Below, in pieces: positions 24,982-41,400 of a DNA stretch of 64,000 nt. The notes beneath the pieces were generated by a model. The model saw only the letters and a list, made by a program, of their open reading frames with translations, did not search any database and had not been told where the DNA came from. Made by a program: the position numbers and the translations under genes. The DNA lies in contig ADNK01000343.1 in the NCBI GenBank assembly GCA_000320545.1, forward strand, positions 960 to 64,959, read 5' to 3'. The stretch comes from Bigelowiella natans CCMP2755. Taxonomy: Eukaryota; Protista; Cercozoa. Position 1 is the first letter of the stretch. Each line of letters opens with the position of its first letter.

Positions 24982-25780
24982 GTTATTATCAGGCATCTCT
25001 TGCAGAGCTCCCAAAGTCTCAGTTTTCGCTAGAAGCAGGGGTGATGATGATGATGATGATGATTATGAAGAAGAAGGAGGAAAGTATTGATGATGATTAT
25101 GGTGATGATTATGATGATGAAGAAAACTGTGGATAATAATAATAATAAATAATAATAGCAATTAATGATAACAATAATAAACAACATGCGGGTCTTTAAT
25201 CCAAAACTATCTCCTACCGATTATGTTCTCCATCCATCTATTATTCTTGCTCTCCCATTCTGTTGCCTGCACTCACCACGCCGTCGATGTACGTTATGTA
25301 TATTATTCATTTTTTAAATTATCTTTTAGATAACCAGAAAAGTGACAGAAATATTGACTAAAACGGTCCGCTCTGGCCTGGTGAATAGAAAGGTACTAGC
25401 TAGGGAGAGTAATATATATTATATATATACACGTTGATAGCGAATCTTCGTAGTCGTAATAATTGGCAATATATGTATAATGTTTGGTAATGACTAATAG
25501 TTAAATATTTATGCAGAGCGTTCCAGAGAAACAACGCAAAATGGCAAAGAATACCTTGGTAGTTATTATGAATATTATTCAACAACAAACGGATGATGAT
25601 GATGATGATGATGATGATGGTGATGCGGGTTGTTCATGATTTATTCTCATCATCATCATCACTTTCGCTATCATCATCATTACCATAACTTGCTAATGAT
25701 TACAATGACAAACAGGTTCTTTCAGCTTCTTTCGCCCTGGGAAAGACTATCGATCTTATTGCAACCTCGGGTAGTAGTAA

Positions 25781-25811
<31 letters not shown>

Positions 25812-26796
25812 TCTTGTTCTTGTTCTTGTTCTTGTTCTTGTTCTTGTTTTTGCTGCTGCTGCGGTAGGAGTATGAGTAGTGATTGTTTTGGAGAAAACTA
25901 GCTTCTTCACCAAGTCTCAAACACACAGCACTTGAATATACTAGTAGCAGGATCATTATTATATCCTGGTATTAACACTTTCTATCACCCAATAGTTTCT
26001 GACCAGATAATCTTCATGAAGCAAATGAAATCTAAGGAGGTTGCCAACTATTTCTTGCTCTCTTTCTCCAACAAATGCGCCTTATTGTCGTAGTATTTCC
26101 CCACGATAATTGTTACTTGTTAGAGCCATCAGATTCTTCCTTTACTATTAGATTGTATGTAGTAGCTATTTGATTGTTATGCTGCCTCACACTAAAGTAT
26201 AACCAAACTCTATCGTATAAAAGGACGTCACGCAAGTCGAGCTTGAAGCTCTTGGCAACATGGTATATTGAATGATTGATATATATATTGAGTATATGTA
26301 GTATATCCAATGCTTATTTTAATTGCGTAGCTATCTCCAACACCGTTGTTCCTTCAACGATATCTACAGATACGACAGCAGCAATCTTTTTATTGTTATT
26401 ATTATTTATTAGTATTATTTGTTATGGTTATCGTTTGTTGTGGATTATCTGATCATAATATAACCTGTCAGGTGGAACGATTTTCAGATTTTAAGATTGG
26501 ATATAAGGCTTGTGATGAGTTAGAAATGACTGTCAGCTCAAAATCGGTACTAGAAGTAGCAGTTGTGTTGTCGATTACACATAATAGATAGTAGGAATAT
26601 ATACACCACACACATTGAGAGTTATTTAAAACTTATTCAGTCAGTTATTATAATAAATGCAGTCGTCGTTGATCGTGAAACTTACTCTTTGTACTTTACT
26701 TTACAGGGAGGGTTTGTTGAAAGATTCCCAGGATTCCTAGTGGTTGTTAGAAATTATATTTTGTCCTAATTGATGATGATGATGATGATGGTCACA

Positions 26797-26832
<36 letters not shown>

Positions 26833-27294
26833 GTCCATTTCTTTTGCGGTAATGGAGAGAAGATGATAATGATGATGATGTTGTGTTTACAATACAATTG
26901 ATATATTACATATTTCAGGATCTTGTAAAAGCATCCGCAACAGTAGAACTGCACGATATTGAACAAGATACAGTAGCAGTACTTACTAATGATCAAAAGA
27001 ATGAACAAGCGAAGAAGGGACAGCAGCAGCAGAGTAAGATAGTTATGATGAAAACTGTTGGTTGATGATGAGGAGGAAGAAGAAGAAAACGATGTTGTAT
27101 TGATATTTACCTCGTTTGTGGATAATTTGAGAGAAGCAAATATCCTTGCAATATCTACTCATCGATTGATTTGAGTTTGTGGTCTTGAGATTTGTTCTTC
27201 TTCCTCCTCCTTGCTATGAAATCATAAATGATAGTGGGTTTGACAAAGCAACATCTCACTTTGCTCAATTTTGTGAGGTAGTAGTAAAAAGAAG

Positions 27295-27338
<44 letters not shown>

Positions 27339-28053
27339 CCCCCCCCCCCTCACACACACACACACGTACACTTTGATCACTTCTGGGGTGGGTATTCTTC
27401 CTCCAAGCTTATCTTGAAAATATTGTAGTGGTAGTAAGAAGTAGAGTAGTAGAGACGTTGTTCATCATCATAGCTGCTTCATAGTACTGGCATCATCGAT
27501 GATGCACCGACAACGGCACCACTCACTTCTCCTCCTCTCTCAGGCATCTTATCTCCCGTCGGCATTCTTGGTAATAAGAGTAGTACGTGGTGGCGGTGGT
27601 GGTGGTAACACTAGAATTACATCTTCTTCATCATCATCATCATCATCATTATTCCACGAAGATGGATATAGATATAGATGTTAGCAGCATTTTAATTCGT
27701 CATATAATCAAAATTGCTATGTTTCATCGTTTCTATTTTGTATTTATGTACTACAAGTTGATGTTGTTGTGTGTAGTTGTGATTGTTGTGATTGTTGCGG
27801 GAATGGGTGTGTGGTGTATCATATTTGTTACATTCTAATCCTCAAGGCCATAGTAGCTAGTCAGTACAAACAATTTTATTTGAATTTTGTTGTTTTTGAT
27901 TTGTTTCACAAATTGTTGGTCGATGTTCTCATTGTTGCTGGCTACTGCTGATGGGTATCGTCGTCTGTGTTTAAAAGGTCCCTCGCCCTTGCTCAAGCTT
28001 ATGCAATGGAAGAAAAGATCCAAGGAAACAACTCGAATCATCTTGATGTAGGA

Positions 28054-28089
<36 letters not shown>

Positions 28090-28838
28090 CACGAGAAAGA
28101 AGAGAAAGAACAAAAGAATGATGCTACACACTGTAAAGAAGAAGAAAGAACAAAAGGTGGAGGAGGAGGAGGAGGAGGAGGATTTAGGAGAGTGATGATA
28201 ACCATCAGGAGGAATTCCCATCCAATATAACGTGTTACTACTGTTTCATTTTGATATGCTGCAGTTGTTAATAAATAACATAATGCCGTTGTTGTTGTTT
28301 ACTACTAAAAACAGTTACGATTTAAAGATATCGAAAACAAAGGGGACATTCTAGGTAATAGATAATAAGTTTGTAGTAGTACTAGTACTTACAGTAATTG
28401 TGACATTATCTCAGTTATAATTTGTGTGGTGTGGTGTTTATATGCAAGTAATGGTGAATGTGTGTGAATAAATATCACGACGATTCCTACCATGATACTG
28501 CTTTTTAAACAATGGATTAGAAATAGTACTTGAAGATGTTTGTGCTATGTTCATCACCCCTATTTAGTAGTAGTAGTCGTAGTAACAGTAGTAGTAGTAG
28601 TAGTAGTAGTAGGTGACCACTTTTGACGTATTTGTTTTTGTTTAGATAAGGATCGAAAACGAGCCTTTGGAGGTCGGGGAAAAGAAAATACTATCCTGGT
28701 TTCAGATATGGTACTTACAAATCATAATAATAATACAGAGATACATTCTACAAATCAGTAATAATACTAATAAATAATAACCAGTCTCTCTCTCTCTCAC
28801 TCTCTCTCACTCTCTCCCTCCCTCCCCTTTGTTCACAC

Positions 28839-28876
<38 letters not shown>

Positions 28877-29248
28877 GAACATGATTTTGTGCTGCCTAAA
28901 TTTCTACCAACCGTGTATAATTATGAGTCTTGTCTCTCTCATTAAGATTCATCGTTGTTGGCGTTGTTGTTGTCGTTGGGTCACACTACTCGAATGCCAT
29001 CTAATTATTCGTCGTTGTTGTCATCGTTGTCATCGTTGTGGTTGCTGCTCTCACCACCACTATTCAGGCGCTATCTGCAGGGTTGGAATACGTTGTTGAT
29101 GTTATCATCAGTGGTGAAGATGCTGGTGGTAGTAGAGGACGAGTTGGTTCTCCTTACCTCGGTAGTAGTAGTAGTGGTAAAAAGTAGTGCTGACATACAG
29201 ACATAAACATTACGCTAGGAGAGAAATACATGATAACAGTATATTACT

Positions 29249-29289
<41 letters not shown>

Positions 29290-30879
29290 TAAACACCGAG
29301 ACGACACTACAGAGATATAGAAAAAGAGAACTACGTTAATCTACATATAGATTCCTTTGTTAAAGATAATAAACTGTAATGTCCAAATTTAGATTATTAC
29401 AATTTTCATTTTTATACGTGCATGCTACCAGGTATTGTAAGCAGCGACGATGGCAAAGGATCAGGCATATGGTTCTCGTCGTCGTCATCAGCTAATGATG
29501 ATGATGATAATCATCACGATGTAAAAGATGATGACTTGAAAACATCGGAACAAAAGGTGCTCTGCTAACACGTTAGTGATACCCAACAACAGATAAAGCT
29601 GCTGCTGCTGCTGCTGCTGCTACTACTACTACATCATAACTCTCATTTGCATCTAGGAAAATCCTTCTTCTAGTTCTAACCGCATTGTGAGTACGTTGAT
29701 ATCGGTGAAGAATAACAACGACAACAACAACCATGGCGACAGCAAAAGCAGCAATCTTGCAGCTAGCGTGTCGTTGCTCAACGAAGAAGGTGAGTTATTG
29801 ATTGATATAGTGAGGAGGAGGAAGATGATGGATATCATTCAGAAGGAATGATGTGTAGACAATAGTAGTAGTATAATATCTATCACGTTTAATAGTATCA
29901 TTGACCGACCGAAGATACAAGATCGAAAAACAAATATCATCGACGATGATGATCATGATGATGATTATTTATCACTTGATGTTGATACTAACTCACTCTG
30001 TCATTGGAAAAAAAGGTGATATTTTGGCTACATCACCTCTGGTTGTATATGACAAAAAGGGATCGGTAATAATATATAATAGCAGTAATATATAAAAGAT
30101 AATCATCAATACACTCACCACATAATACCTCCTCCTCCTCTTCCTCCTTCTTCGTTATTTCCCCTCCTCTATCACCCTCTTCTTTTCCTCTGGTGTGATG
30201 ATTATTATCGAACGAACTTGGCTACATTATGATGCAGGTTATTAAGTTTGCTGTGAAACTTGGCACTGCTACTACCATGGTAGTTAATAATAATGATCAT
30301 GATAGTAATCATACAATAATCGATGATAATAATAATAATAATAATAAAACGTATAATCACCATCATCATCATAATCATAATTATCATCATCATCATCATC
30401 ATCATCATCTAGAATTAAACAGCAGCAGCAGTATCAGTATCAGTATCAGTATCAGTCAGTATCAGTAGAAGAAGATGAAGAAGAAGAGGAGGGGGGAAAG
30501 AGTTGTAACATTACTACAAACCTAATACTACTGCTACCTACTACTACTACTACTACTACTTCCCCTTTCCGATAATACGCAATAAATCTCTTATTATCAT
30601 GATTCATGGAAATGAATCTCTTATCATCATGATTCATGGAAATAATATAGGTAGAAATTCAGCGTTGTTACTCGCGTCCTCTTGGATCATACTCGGTGAT
30701 ATTACATACATAATTACTCCTTTTTGTCATCATCACCAATTAATATTTTAACATACAACGAGAAGTCGTCATCAAGAGTATTGAATACAACAACGACTAT
30801 TACTTAGTTAAGGCGATGATACGGAATATATACAGTCATAGATATATAAATATAATATCACATTGAGTAATAGTAGTAG

Positions 30880-30920
<41 letters not shown>

Positions 30921-31254
30921 AATGATACACAGCATGTAACTACTATGACTACTTTTCACCATTATTACCTATATATCCTACTTACACGTTGTAATAGCTT
31001 ACTTACTACATCGATTTTCCTCCTCTCTTCTTTAAAGGTTCGATTTGCAAAGAAAAAGCTCAAGATTTATGATTCCGTGCTAGCAGAAGTTGCCAAAGCA
31101 GTGTTCAAGAACTCTGCATTAATCTTAAGGGCCGCTGGGGAAAAACTAGCACACATAGAGCAGCAGCAGCAGCAGCAGGGTGTGAATGACTCCAAGTTAA
31201 AAGCTGCAAAATTGATAGGAGCTTACATTCGGTCCAAGCATATTTGCTGCATGG

Positions 31255-31322
<68 letters not shown>

Positions 31323-31430
31323 ATGCAGCAGTAGAGAGAATGATGATATTACAATATAGAAGAATGTGCATTCAAACGAATTGACAGCAGAGCCCAAACA
31401 GTGAAAAAGAAAATATCGCTTGTGGAAGTT

Positions 31431-31463
<33 letters not shown>

Positions 31464-31563
31464 ACTACGACAACCAACATACTGTGTTGATGATGATGAT
31501 GATGAGGATGATGATGATGATGATGGAAAATCCATTTTTTGGATTTTGGTTACATTCTATTCG

Positions 31564-31603
<40 letters not shown>

Positions 31604-31608
31604 GTAGA

Positions 31609-31646
<38 letters not shown>

Positions 31647-32312
31647 TAAAAATACTAGGGAAAGAGTAAGAGGGAGATATGATATACATATAAAGACAGA
31701 AATTACATTTAGTCGATACTCATCCAGTCATTGCTTTAATATCTTCTTGTTTGATTGCATTTCCATCTGTGAAGACGTTCAATCGTGGGCCACGTTTTAT
31801 ACGATATTCTTGCGGGACTACTTTACCATAATGATGGAAGAGAAGATATGATCGGGGTATATTATTTTGTTTACTGCTACTACTATTCATAACCGTTGAT
31901 TTTTATGGTGAGTGGCCTCTATCAACAAAGACTAATGACGACGATCCTTCTAATGGTGTGCAGGTTCTACGATTGTTTCCTTCAATGCAAGGGCTATTGA
32001 AGGCTGCGACAGATGCTTTAATTCCTCTACAATCCATTTTCCCAACAATCCAAAGTAGTTGTACTTAAGATGTTGAACGAAGATTCCCTCCCATCTTTTA
32101 AATAACAATATATTAAGTAGTAAAATGTATCCTCATTCGAATAACTAAATATCAATCAATCGAGAAATTGGAGATTGTATATGATGTCCAGTATTTAACT
32201 GATCGAATATGATGTTGTATGTAGGTGTGGAAGAGGGTATTCTGCCTATCAACTCGGTAGAAAAAAAAAACAATCTTAGTGTTATAGCTACAAGAGGACT
32301 CATAAGTAGAAC

Positions 32313-32344
<32 letters not shown>

Positions 32345-32439
32345 ATATCGGTCAGTGAGTAAGTGAATGAATGAGCAAAATAAACAAGATAGATTGATAT
32401 TAGTGTTGTTTTGGTAAAAAGAAGGAAGGGTAGGGAGTC

Positions 32440-32473
<34 letters not shown>

Positions 32474-33969
32474 ATACTTCCAACTTGTACAATCAGATCA
32501 CATCAAACACATCATTTCAACTAAATGTGATATTAAATAAATAATATATAATACATTGCTCATCATCACGGAGTTCTGATAATTTGTTCAGATTGCTTCT
32601 GGAAGTGCTGTGGAGGTGTCAGGCAAAGAGATCATACTAACACCAACCGCTGCAGATACTGCAGGTAGTAGTAGTAGTAGTAGCAGTATGAGGTTGATAT
32701 AGTAAGAACAATTTCTAATTTAACAGATGCAGCAGCAGTATTATAGTGGTAGATAGTTCGTGTACTTTGTCTATTGAGGCCTCCTCGATAATGATAAATA
32801 ATTATTAGAAGTTTATTGTATGAAGACGAGAGTAAAAGCAGGCAATATCGAATGCTTACTACTACTATCTCATCATCATCATCATCATAATAATACCTCA
32901 TTTATTGATTAATTAATTAATCTGGTTGGGGAACAAGTGGCGATTACATTGTCATCGATTGCGCCTCTAAGAAGATTCGTGATAATGCCGACTATGTTGT
33001 TGGATGTGTTGTCCTGACAGACTGTGTGTTGATGGTTTATGATAGCAGCTACATTGGCATAGAATATTGTCTATGATCTATCTACCGATCTACCATGATC
33101 ATGATCTAATTCATTTCTATATCTTTCCTCCTGTCCTGATACTGGAATAGATTCCTTGCATTTTGACGTACCGAAGAGATTCCGAAAAGGGACTAAATTG
33201 CAGGGTAGTTTTGTGTGTGGGTAGTGGGTAGAGCAACCATGGTGCATCTGGCCATGCTCACATGAAATGATTAGAATTGATTCTTTGGAAAATGAAAAGT
33301 GTTGTTTGATCTTCTTCTACCCATCGTTATGATGCCCATTTATGATGTTTTTACAACTTGATGATCACTAAATTAAACTAGTAGTCACAGCAGCAGGTCC
33401 ATACTTGCATACTTGTGCTACTACATTGCAATTATGAAATAAAACAATGATAATAATGCCATTATTATTATCTTCTTTTTTGGTACATCATAATACATAT
33501 TTGCATGATGAGTCTGTATAGTGCTCACAAAAAATAATATTGGTGGTTCCTTCTAAACACACTGACTGATTATTCACCAAGATTAAATATATTATCATAA
33601 TGTTAGGATTTGTCACGATTAGCCAAGGGAAAAAGAGTGAGATGACATTGGAGGTAGGAACTTGTTGAAGAACAGGGGGGGGGAGGGAAGAAAAACAATT
33701 TCTTTTACATGACACTTGATATTTGTAGTATCTAATACAGCCTTTGAGCAAGTAGCAATTGATTTAGTGTTTGTCTAATGTACCGACTCTACTTCTTTGA
33801 TTTACTGCTGTTGTTGGATTATTTCAAGATCATTTGTAAGGGTACTGCAGCAACCAATGGAAGTGGAGAGAGAAAGACTCTATCAGTCCTTAAGTCACCA
33901 TCATCCAAGACCATCAACAAGAAAATCCTAATCGATTGTCATATCAATGGTGGGTAGCACTCTGCCTCT

Positions 33970-34008
<39 letters not shown>

Positions 34009-34159
34009 GGTTGTTTATCGTTGATTGGAAGAATGAAGATCCGTAGTAGAGATCATATGTATTTTGATATAATAATAATGATAATAGTGATGATATTAAG
34101 TGCTGCTGTGCTGCAGCTTACTGCTACTGACAGACACACAAACACCACCTATAGTAGAT

Positions 34160-34194
<35 letters not shown>

Positions 34195-34223
34195 GCTATC
34201 GAACGAATAAGAAATAAAACATT

Positions 34224-34258
<35 letters not shown>

Positions 34259-34730
34259 ACTAATAGTAACTAGTATCCTGAATTTATAAAAATAATAGGT
34301 GAGAAGGCTCTCGATATTGTTGCGAAGATACGTCCAAAGAATAAAGGAATATTAGGGGGTCTTATTCGTGGTAGTACACCTTCTTATTCCGATTGCGATT
34401 GTGCAGCGACTTTCGAAGATCTTAAATTTGTCAAGATACAACCGGAGAACAAGGTACTCTGGATGGTAAAGGTAACACAAACAGAGAATAATAATAACAA
34501 CATCGAGAGTAGTAGTACTAGGAGGAGGAGGAGGAGGAGGAGGAGGAGGAGTAATTGTGGTAATTATGGCGATAAAGTTTACATCTGTGAATGGGAGGGG
34601 GGGGGGGGGGGAAGAAAAAGGGGGGGGGGGGGGTAGTAATGTTATTTGCGGGGGGAGTTATTATCAACGTTGTAAGATAAATCAAGCATAAAATGAAACC
34701 ATCGAAAACAGTGGGGATGATCTATATATT

Positions 34731-34779
<49 letters not shown>

Positions 34780-35395
34780 AATATATATTATATTCTGTGG
34801 AAGGTATTTTTGAATGGCTCACAGAGTTTGTAGTAGCAGCAGAATCATCCATTATATGCACAATATGTATTGCTCTGCCAGATTCTATTTATTTAGCAGC
34901 AATTATTCACTCGCGTTGTCATCATTATCGTCCATCATCATCATCATCATAATCATCATCATCCTACTTATTATCAAATAATAATTGTTGTTATTCTAAA
35001 GAAACTATTTCCATTAATTGCACGTGCTGCCGGTAAATTGGGAGGGCTACTAGTACACTCTACAGAGATAACGGTTGTTTGTTGTCGTTCGTTCGTTGTC
35101 GCTGTCCTGAATTGGTGTTTGTTGCGAGGAAGAGGCAGGAGATCTTGTTTGTATGTTCTCCACTAATTACTTCCCTATTGCTGAGAATAAGAATAATAAA
35201 AAAGTAATTGTAGCAGCAGCAGCAGCAGCAGTAGTAGCAGTGCATGATCAAAATGTTTGCAGTGGTAACTAACATTAACATCGAGTTGATATATTAATTC
35301 TTTATCACAGGAGGAAGAGAATAATGCACCTGCACGATGGATTTCGTCTATTATTTTCCGAGGCGGTTTTACTGATGGGTAGTATCATCATCGTC

Positions 35396-35436
<41 letters not shown>

Positions 35437-38400
35437 ATCTATCTCTTGTAATACTAGTTGTTGAGGTTGTTGTTGTTATGAAGACGACAACAAACAAACA
35501 CAATTTCCCCCATCCAGAAATCAGTAATCATTTGGTTAATTGTTTGTTTATTTATGGTTGGTTGTTTCTTCTATCGAATGAGCAGGTTGGGCTGTCCGTC
35601 CTCCTCCTCCTCCTCCTCCTCATATGTAGCAACTACTCAAATCATTCCAGGACCAAAGGCCATTACTGCATTATGGAGGGATAAGGTTTTTTCTTCTTCT
35701 TCTTCTTCTTCTTCTTCTTCTTCTTCTTCATACATGATGTGTATACTGATTTAGTAATAATAATAATGCCTCAATTTCTCGTATTCTTCAACTTGAAGAA
35801 AAAAGAGGGTATAAATAATTAGATGCTCATTATCTGGTGCATTTGTTTCAACATGATTATTATCGGCACCACTCTGCTTTGCTTCGTTATTTCTTTATTT
35901 TTACGATGAGAACAATGAAGTGATTGAATATTCTGCTGAAATCTATACTTGAAGTGCTAACCACTAATACTGTTGGCAACTATACAAACATCTGATAATA
36001 AAAACATCAATCTATGCTCCTTTCTTGACTAGATACTTTCCGAGGAGTCGGCATCTTTCATATATAGCGGAACGGGTGATGATTCGAAGTTGTCATCAGA
36101 AGCAATGATGATTAAAAATTTTCATGAGCAAATTGCAACTGGAAAAGGCGATTTGGGTATGCGATTTTGGACAGAAGCAAAGACGATATCAAAGGGTTTC
36201 AAGAGAGGACTTCGTATGATCTCTCGAAGCATTAAGGAATCGGCAATGCCCGTGGTTTATGGCGTAACATCATGCATTTTGAGGCACATAAAGATTTCCC
36301 AGTTTATCTACAAAGCGATGCAATCCGGAAAGAACAGTGAGAATAGTATTGTAGAGGGTGTCCCTCCTTCTGTTTTAGAGGAGCTTGATGAGGTTCTTAG
36401 TGAATCTATCAAAATAGGAGTTTACATACGTAATCTACGAGGAAATCAAGGTGATTCTGGAGTCCTTCGTTTCAAAGAAAGAGCACTCGCTCGCCTTCAA
36501 CTCATTGCCAAATTTGTACCAGTAAGGCAAAGTATGCATGATGTAGAAGACAAAGAACAAAAGTTTCAATTAAAGCCTATGGCAACTACTACTACAGAGG
36601 AGAAGAATGCAATCCCGCATTTACCTAAGATTAGACCGAATCTCAAGCGCACAATTACTACTCTTAAGCCAAACTCAAAATGGCACAAGGCGAAAATTAT
36701 TCTTCGTTTGCTGAAAAATACTATTCGTTCTATTAGTGTTTTCAAAAAATTGCTACATTTCCAAAAGACAGCAACGACCCAATCTGAGGATCCAAAAAGG
36801 GAAATTATCAACGAAATCATTGCCATGATAAAAGCCGAAAATAATGCGTTTCCCATTGCTACGATCGAAGGGTCTTTAATGTCCCAACTATGGCGTGGAT
36901 TGCTGCGTATGGAAGGGTTGAGGAAATTCAACGACATCGTCAGTGTTCTCAAGGATTTACAATCAGGAGTGTCTTATGCAAACAAAAATGGTGCTGCACA
37001 AGATGACACTCACCAGAAGAAGAAATCTCTACAATTTCATGAGGGCCACTACCACATTACATACCAAAAGTTGGTCAAGGAAAGAACTACCGTAGAACAC
37101 ATATCTAGTTCAACTAGTTTTGTAACAGCTGCAGCCGACTACTGGATGGACGCCAAAAATGGATCTGGCATTGAGGAGTTTGACTTTAAAATCACCCAAA
37201 ATAGTTCCACCTGTTGGATTTTCCTCGGTATAATTTCAGATAAATGGGGCACTAACTTTAATAAAACTGGGCAGTATTGTGGTGCAAATGAATTCTCAAT
37301 GGGGTATACAACTGGTGGGGCTACTGGTAGAACTAGGTTATATGCGACTAGAACTCCAGTTCAATTCTGGAACAAGGCCGCGTATGATGGCAAGGAGGAA
37401 ACAAGATTTAAAACTGGGGATACGATAACAATGGCCATTGACCTGAAGAAGAAAACGGTCTCTTTCAAGAAAAATGGTGTCGATTTCAAAGAAGCATTCA
37501 CTTGTTTTCCGAAGGGAGACCGTATTCGTCCAGCCGTTACAACATACTACCGTGGAGATTCTGTCACGATATCACACAAACGTTCATCAAAGCAAACATC
37601 AGCAGCACCAAATAAGAGTGAATCTATGCTATCTCTTGCACTAAGAGAAATTGCATCCGCATTTGGAGAGAGCAGCGTGGGGCGCAACACAGAGAGCAGC
37701 ACTGAATTGGCAAAGAGGACAAGACCAACACACTTCTTATCTGATTGTGAGGCTGTAGGACCAGAGAGAGTCAGCGCTTTAAGGCATGCTTATTTCGGGA
37801 TTCTGAAGCAGCTGATGACGACGACTGGGGAAAGCAATAACAGGTGGTCCATGGATGAAGGGTCCAAGATAGAGATGCTTTCTCTTCTCAATATCGAATT
37901 TAAATCAAATGATGACTGGCAGAAATTGATGGAAATTGACGTCGCTAATTGGCTGAAGCCCCTTATAGCTTTTCCATGTTCGGAATCTAGTGCGTTATGG
38001 GATCTGTACGGCACACAGGACAAGGAACTCATAGCATTAAGAGAGGCATTGTCAGCGTCTATCCAGGGCGAAAATCACAGTGTAAAGCTACGATATGGAG
38101 CATGGATGCTTTTCCGAGTCTTGTTGTATGCATGTTCGGATAGTGCCGTTAGCAATGTTGGCACTCATAATACCACTGCTATTGCAGCAACACCACGACA
38201 CCTACGGAAACCCTCGTTCATGCTAATTTCGCTGCTTTTAGGCGAAGTTTGTCGGCAAACAGAGACTCTTTATTCTGCATTGCAGTATGCTGAAAAGGCA
38301 ATTACCGTTGTTAGGCGAACAAAGGAGGAGGAGGAGGAGGAGAGAAAAGGAAATGATAAAGAAAAAAAAGATAAAGACAGCAAAACACAACGTACCTCAT

Positions 38401-41400
38401 CGCCTTTTCCACATATTGGTAAGTATTGTTACTACTTTTATGATAATTCTTTAGTAAACATAATATTTGATTGCATATTCTTATGTTGTACTAATTAAGT
38501 TATCACTAACACCGTACCTTTTATTTTCAGGATCCATAGCTAGCAAGCTCACAAACCTCCTTTTTGGCGGTGGAAGTGACGGTGGTACTTCAAATCTTCC
38601 TCAACAGCTTCCTAATTTAAAACGGTCAAAATCTCATGTACGTTCTCGTGGGGGTATTGATTTTCCATATTCTTCCTCTTGGAAAAGATTGAATTCTTCT
38701 CCCATTGGCGTCATTAATTATCTTGGTGGAGGTGCTCCAGCAGGACATTATGACAACCCTGCGAAAGGCGACAACAAAAGTATCATTGTTACACATTCTC
38801 ATCCCGATCCTAACTACCCAGCTTACTTGTGTGTGTCAAATCCTACGAACAACGGTGATGCTCCCGCTTGTTTCTCTGCAGCAGCCTCATTAGGAGGAGG
38901 AGAGTCAGAAGGAGATAATGGGGTAGAAGAAGACATGATTCCAACTACACCTGCTGACGAACAATTTATACCTGCTTCCTCAGAAGAAGTATTTGTTACT
39001 TTTGATTTTGGGGCGAAGATAATTCAACCCACTCACTACGTCTTAAGGCATCATGGGGTTGACTCGCACTATCTCAATGGATGGGTACTTGAAGGGAAGA
39101 CGCGATTGTCAGATCGTTGGATACTTCTTGATGAAGTACAGTCATTAGACGCCAAACAAACTATGCACAATGGAGTAGGATGTTTAGGTGTCTTTACGAT
39201 TCGTCCTGGCACAGAGGTTGTACCTGGATTCTCCAAATTTAGAGTAAGAATCACACAGAAGAATTCATCGAATACATGGCAAGTGTGTCTTTCTGGATTC
39301 GAGTTGTTTGGAATGCTGTATCCAACCTTGGCAGATGCTATTGGTGCAGATGGTGGTGAGAAGTTTAAATGGACTACAAAGGCAGAAGAGAAGGCGTGGT
39401 GGGAAGATTCTGCATACTACACACATGTCAACGAAGCTTCTGTGGCTTGGTACACACACGACTCGCAGCTCTATGGTCTTGGGGCACCATTACTAAGAAG
39501 AAAATACTTCCCATCTGCTCCAGAAATTACAATGTATATTAACCAATATTTATGGGTAATGCTTAGGTCGGCTAAACGCTCTCCACTGGTGATAAAATCA
39601 CTCGGATCGTCTGCAAAATTGCCTAATTTACTTATGAATATTGCGTTAAAGAGCAATGCCTGCAAAGGCTCCGAATTCGTAATGACAATGCTGTCTTGCC
39701 GCTTGCTATCGCTCATCTTACCCGTAGTCAGTCCGAAAAATAACCCTAATCTAAATCCTCCCGCGACTGTTTTCCTCACTCGGCTCCTAGAGGCCATCAA
39801 GCATCCTCTCCTAGACGACGACAACAAGGCAGCAGCATCAGCAGTAAGATCAGTTGATGATCAGGGTGCCATTTCACAATGGGAATTTGATCGCCTTTTC
39901 CCATCTGCAGGGAACGGATCTTCATGGGAACGTATTCGCTTATTTCAGACTCTTCTGGCTGGTGGTTTGCAGGGTTTTGTATCTCAGGCGGAAACTGTTG
40001 CGGATCGATGGAGAGACCTTTCAAATGGTGTGCTCCTCGACTGTTTTATGCCTCTTAGATCCAAAGAAATCGTAAGAAAAATACTTAGTGGAACACCGCT
40101 CAAAGATATTTCTAGCAGTAAAAGCGACAACACGAAGGACGTAAAACGGATTGCGTCTTTACTAATGAGTGGTTTGTCGGTACTGGGGGGTGAAGAGGAG
40201 CCGATCCGTGAAGGTGCTACTGTGAAAGTTTCTTCCTCCTCCTCCTCCTCCTCCTCCTCCTCCTCTTCAACACCATTCGAAGAACAAGGGGATGGAGCTC
40301 ACTCTCAAGAAGGAACCGTGCTTAATATTATTACGCCTTATGAATCTAAGATCAAAGAACTCGATACTAAACAACCATCAAACGATAGTAGCAACGGTAG
40401 CAATATTAAGGTGGTTGAAGTAATACTCGATGGAGATGAAATTGTTAAAATTCATGATTTATCGCGAATTTCGGTCGTATCTCACCATCTGTCGTATCAT
40501 AAGCTATTGGAGCAGAAGTCTTATGTTGAATATCTTTCCAAGATTGCAACATGGCCTTCCTCTCCCTCTTCAAATAACGGCGACATCGGACAACTTGCAT
40601 TGCGTCTACAACGGATGGCAATGAAAGCAATGTCAATGTTACTATCTCGCAGGGTCCTATTGGAAGAACTAGTACATAAATATCCCGATTTGGCAGAAAC
40701 ATTAGTTACATCAGCCATTAAACCGTTACCGAAGCTTCCGTTAGCAACATCAGTAGAAAATAATAAACAACAAACTCCTATTCGATTTGAAAATGTCATT
40801 TCCAGAACTCTTGAATTAGACATGTATCGGTCGCCCGGAAAAGACAGCAAGGATAACAGCAAGGATGATGACGTAAAGTCATCAGAATCTCCTCCTAAGG
40901 ATACCATATCCTCGTCTAGTGGCAACACCCTTTTTAGCAAGACTAGAAAGATCTTTGGAAGCAGCCCGTATGCAGATGGGGGGGCTCCTAACCGCATTAA
41001 TCATGACTGGACTCATATTTTTGGTGGAAATGAGACTGTGAAGAAAATCAAGCAAATAGCATCCTATTATCGCCACAGCGGTTTTGTAACAGAAGCTGGT
41101 GAATTGTACATGTGTGGGAGTGGAAGTTATGGTAATTGTGGTCATGGGAATTCTATGGTGGCTAATATAGCCAAGAGAGTCACTCTCGGTGGGCTTCAAT
41201 CTGAAAAAGTTAAAATGGTTGCGGTAGGGAAAAATCATACCTTGGTACTTACGGTATCTGGCAGAGTTTTCGGATTTGGTCAAAATAGTTATGGACAACT
41301 AGGACAAGGAAGAGTTGTTTCCACCAATACTATTCCACTTGAAATTAAATCATTCAGTAGTAAGAAAATTGATTTCATAGCATGTGGAGCATATTCTTCT

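Noticed and set aside
16900-35800. Many short ORFs with poly-Y/I/H/M/S/CV runs
   Set aside because: These are translations of intronic microsatellites.
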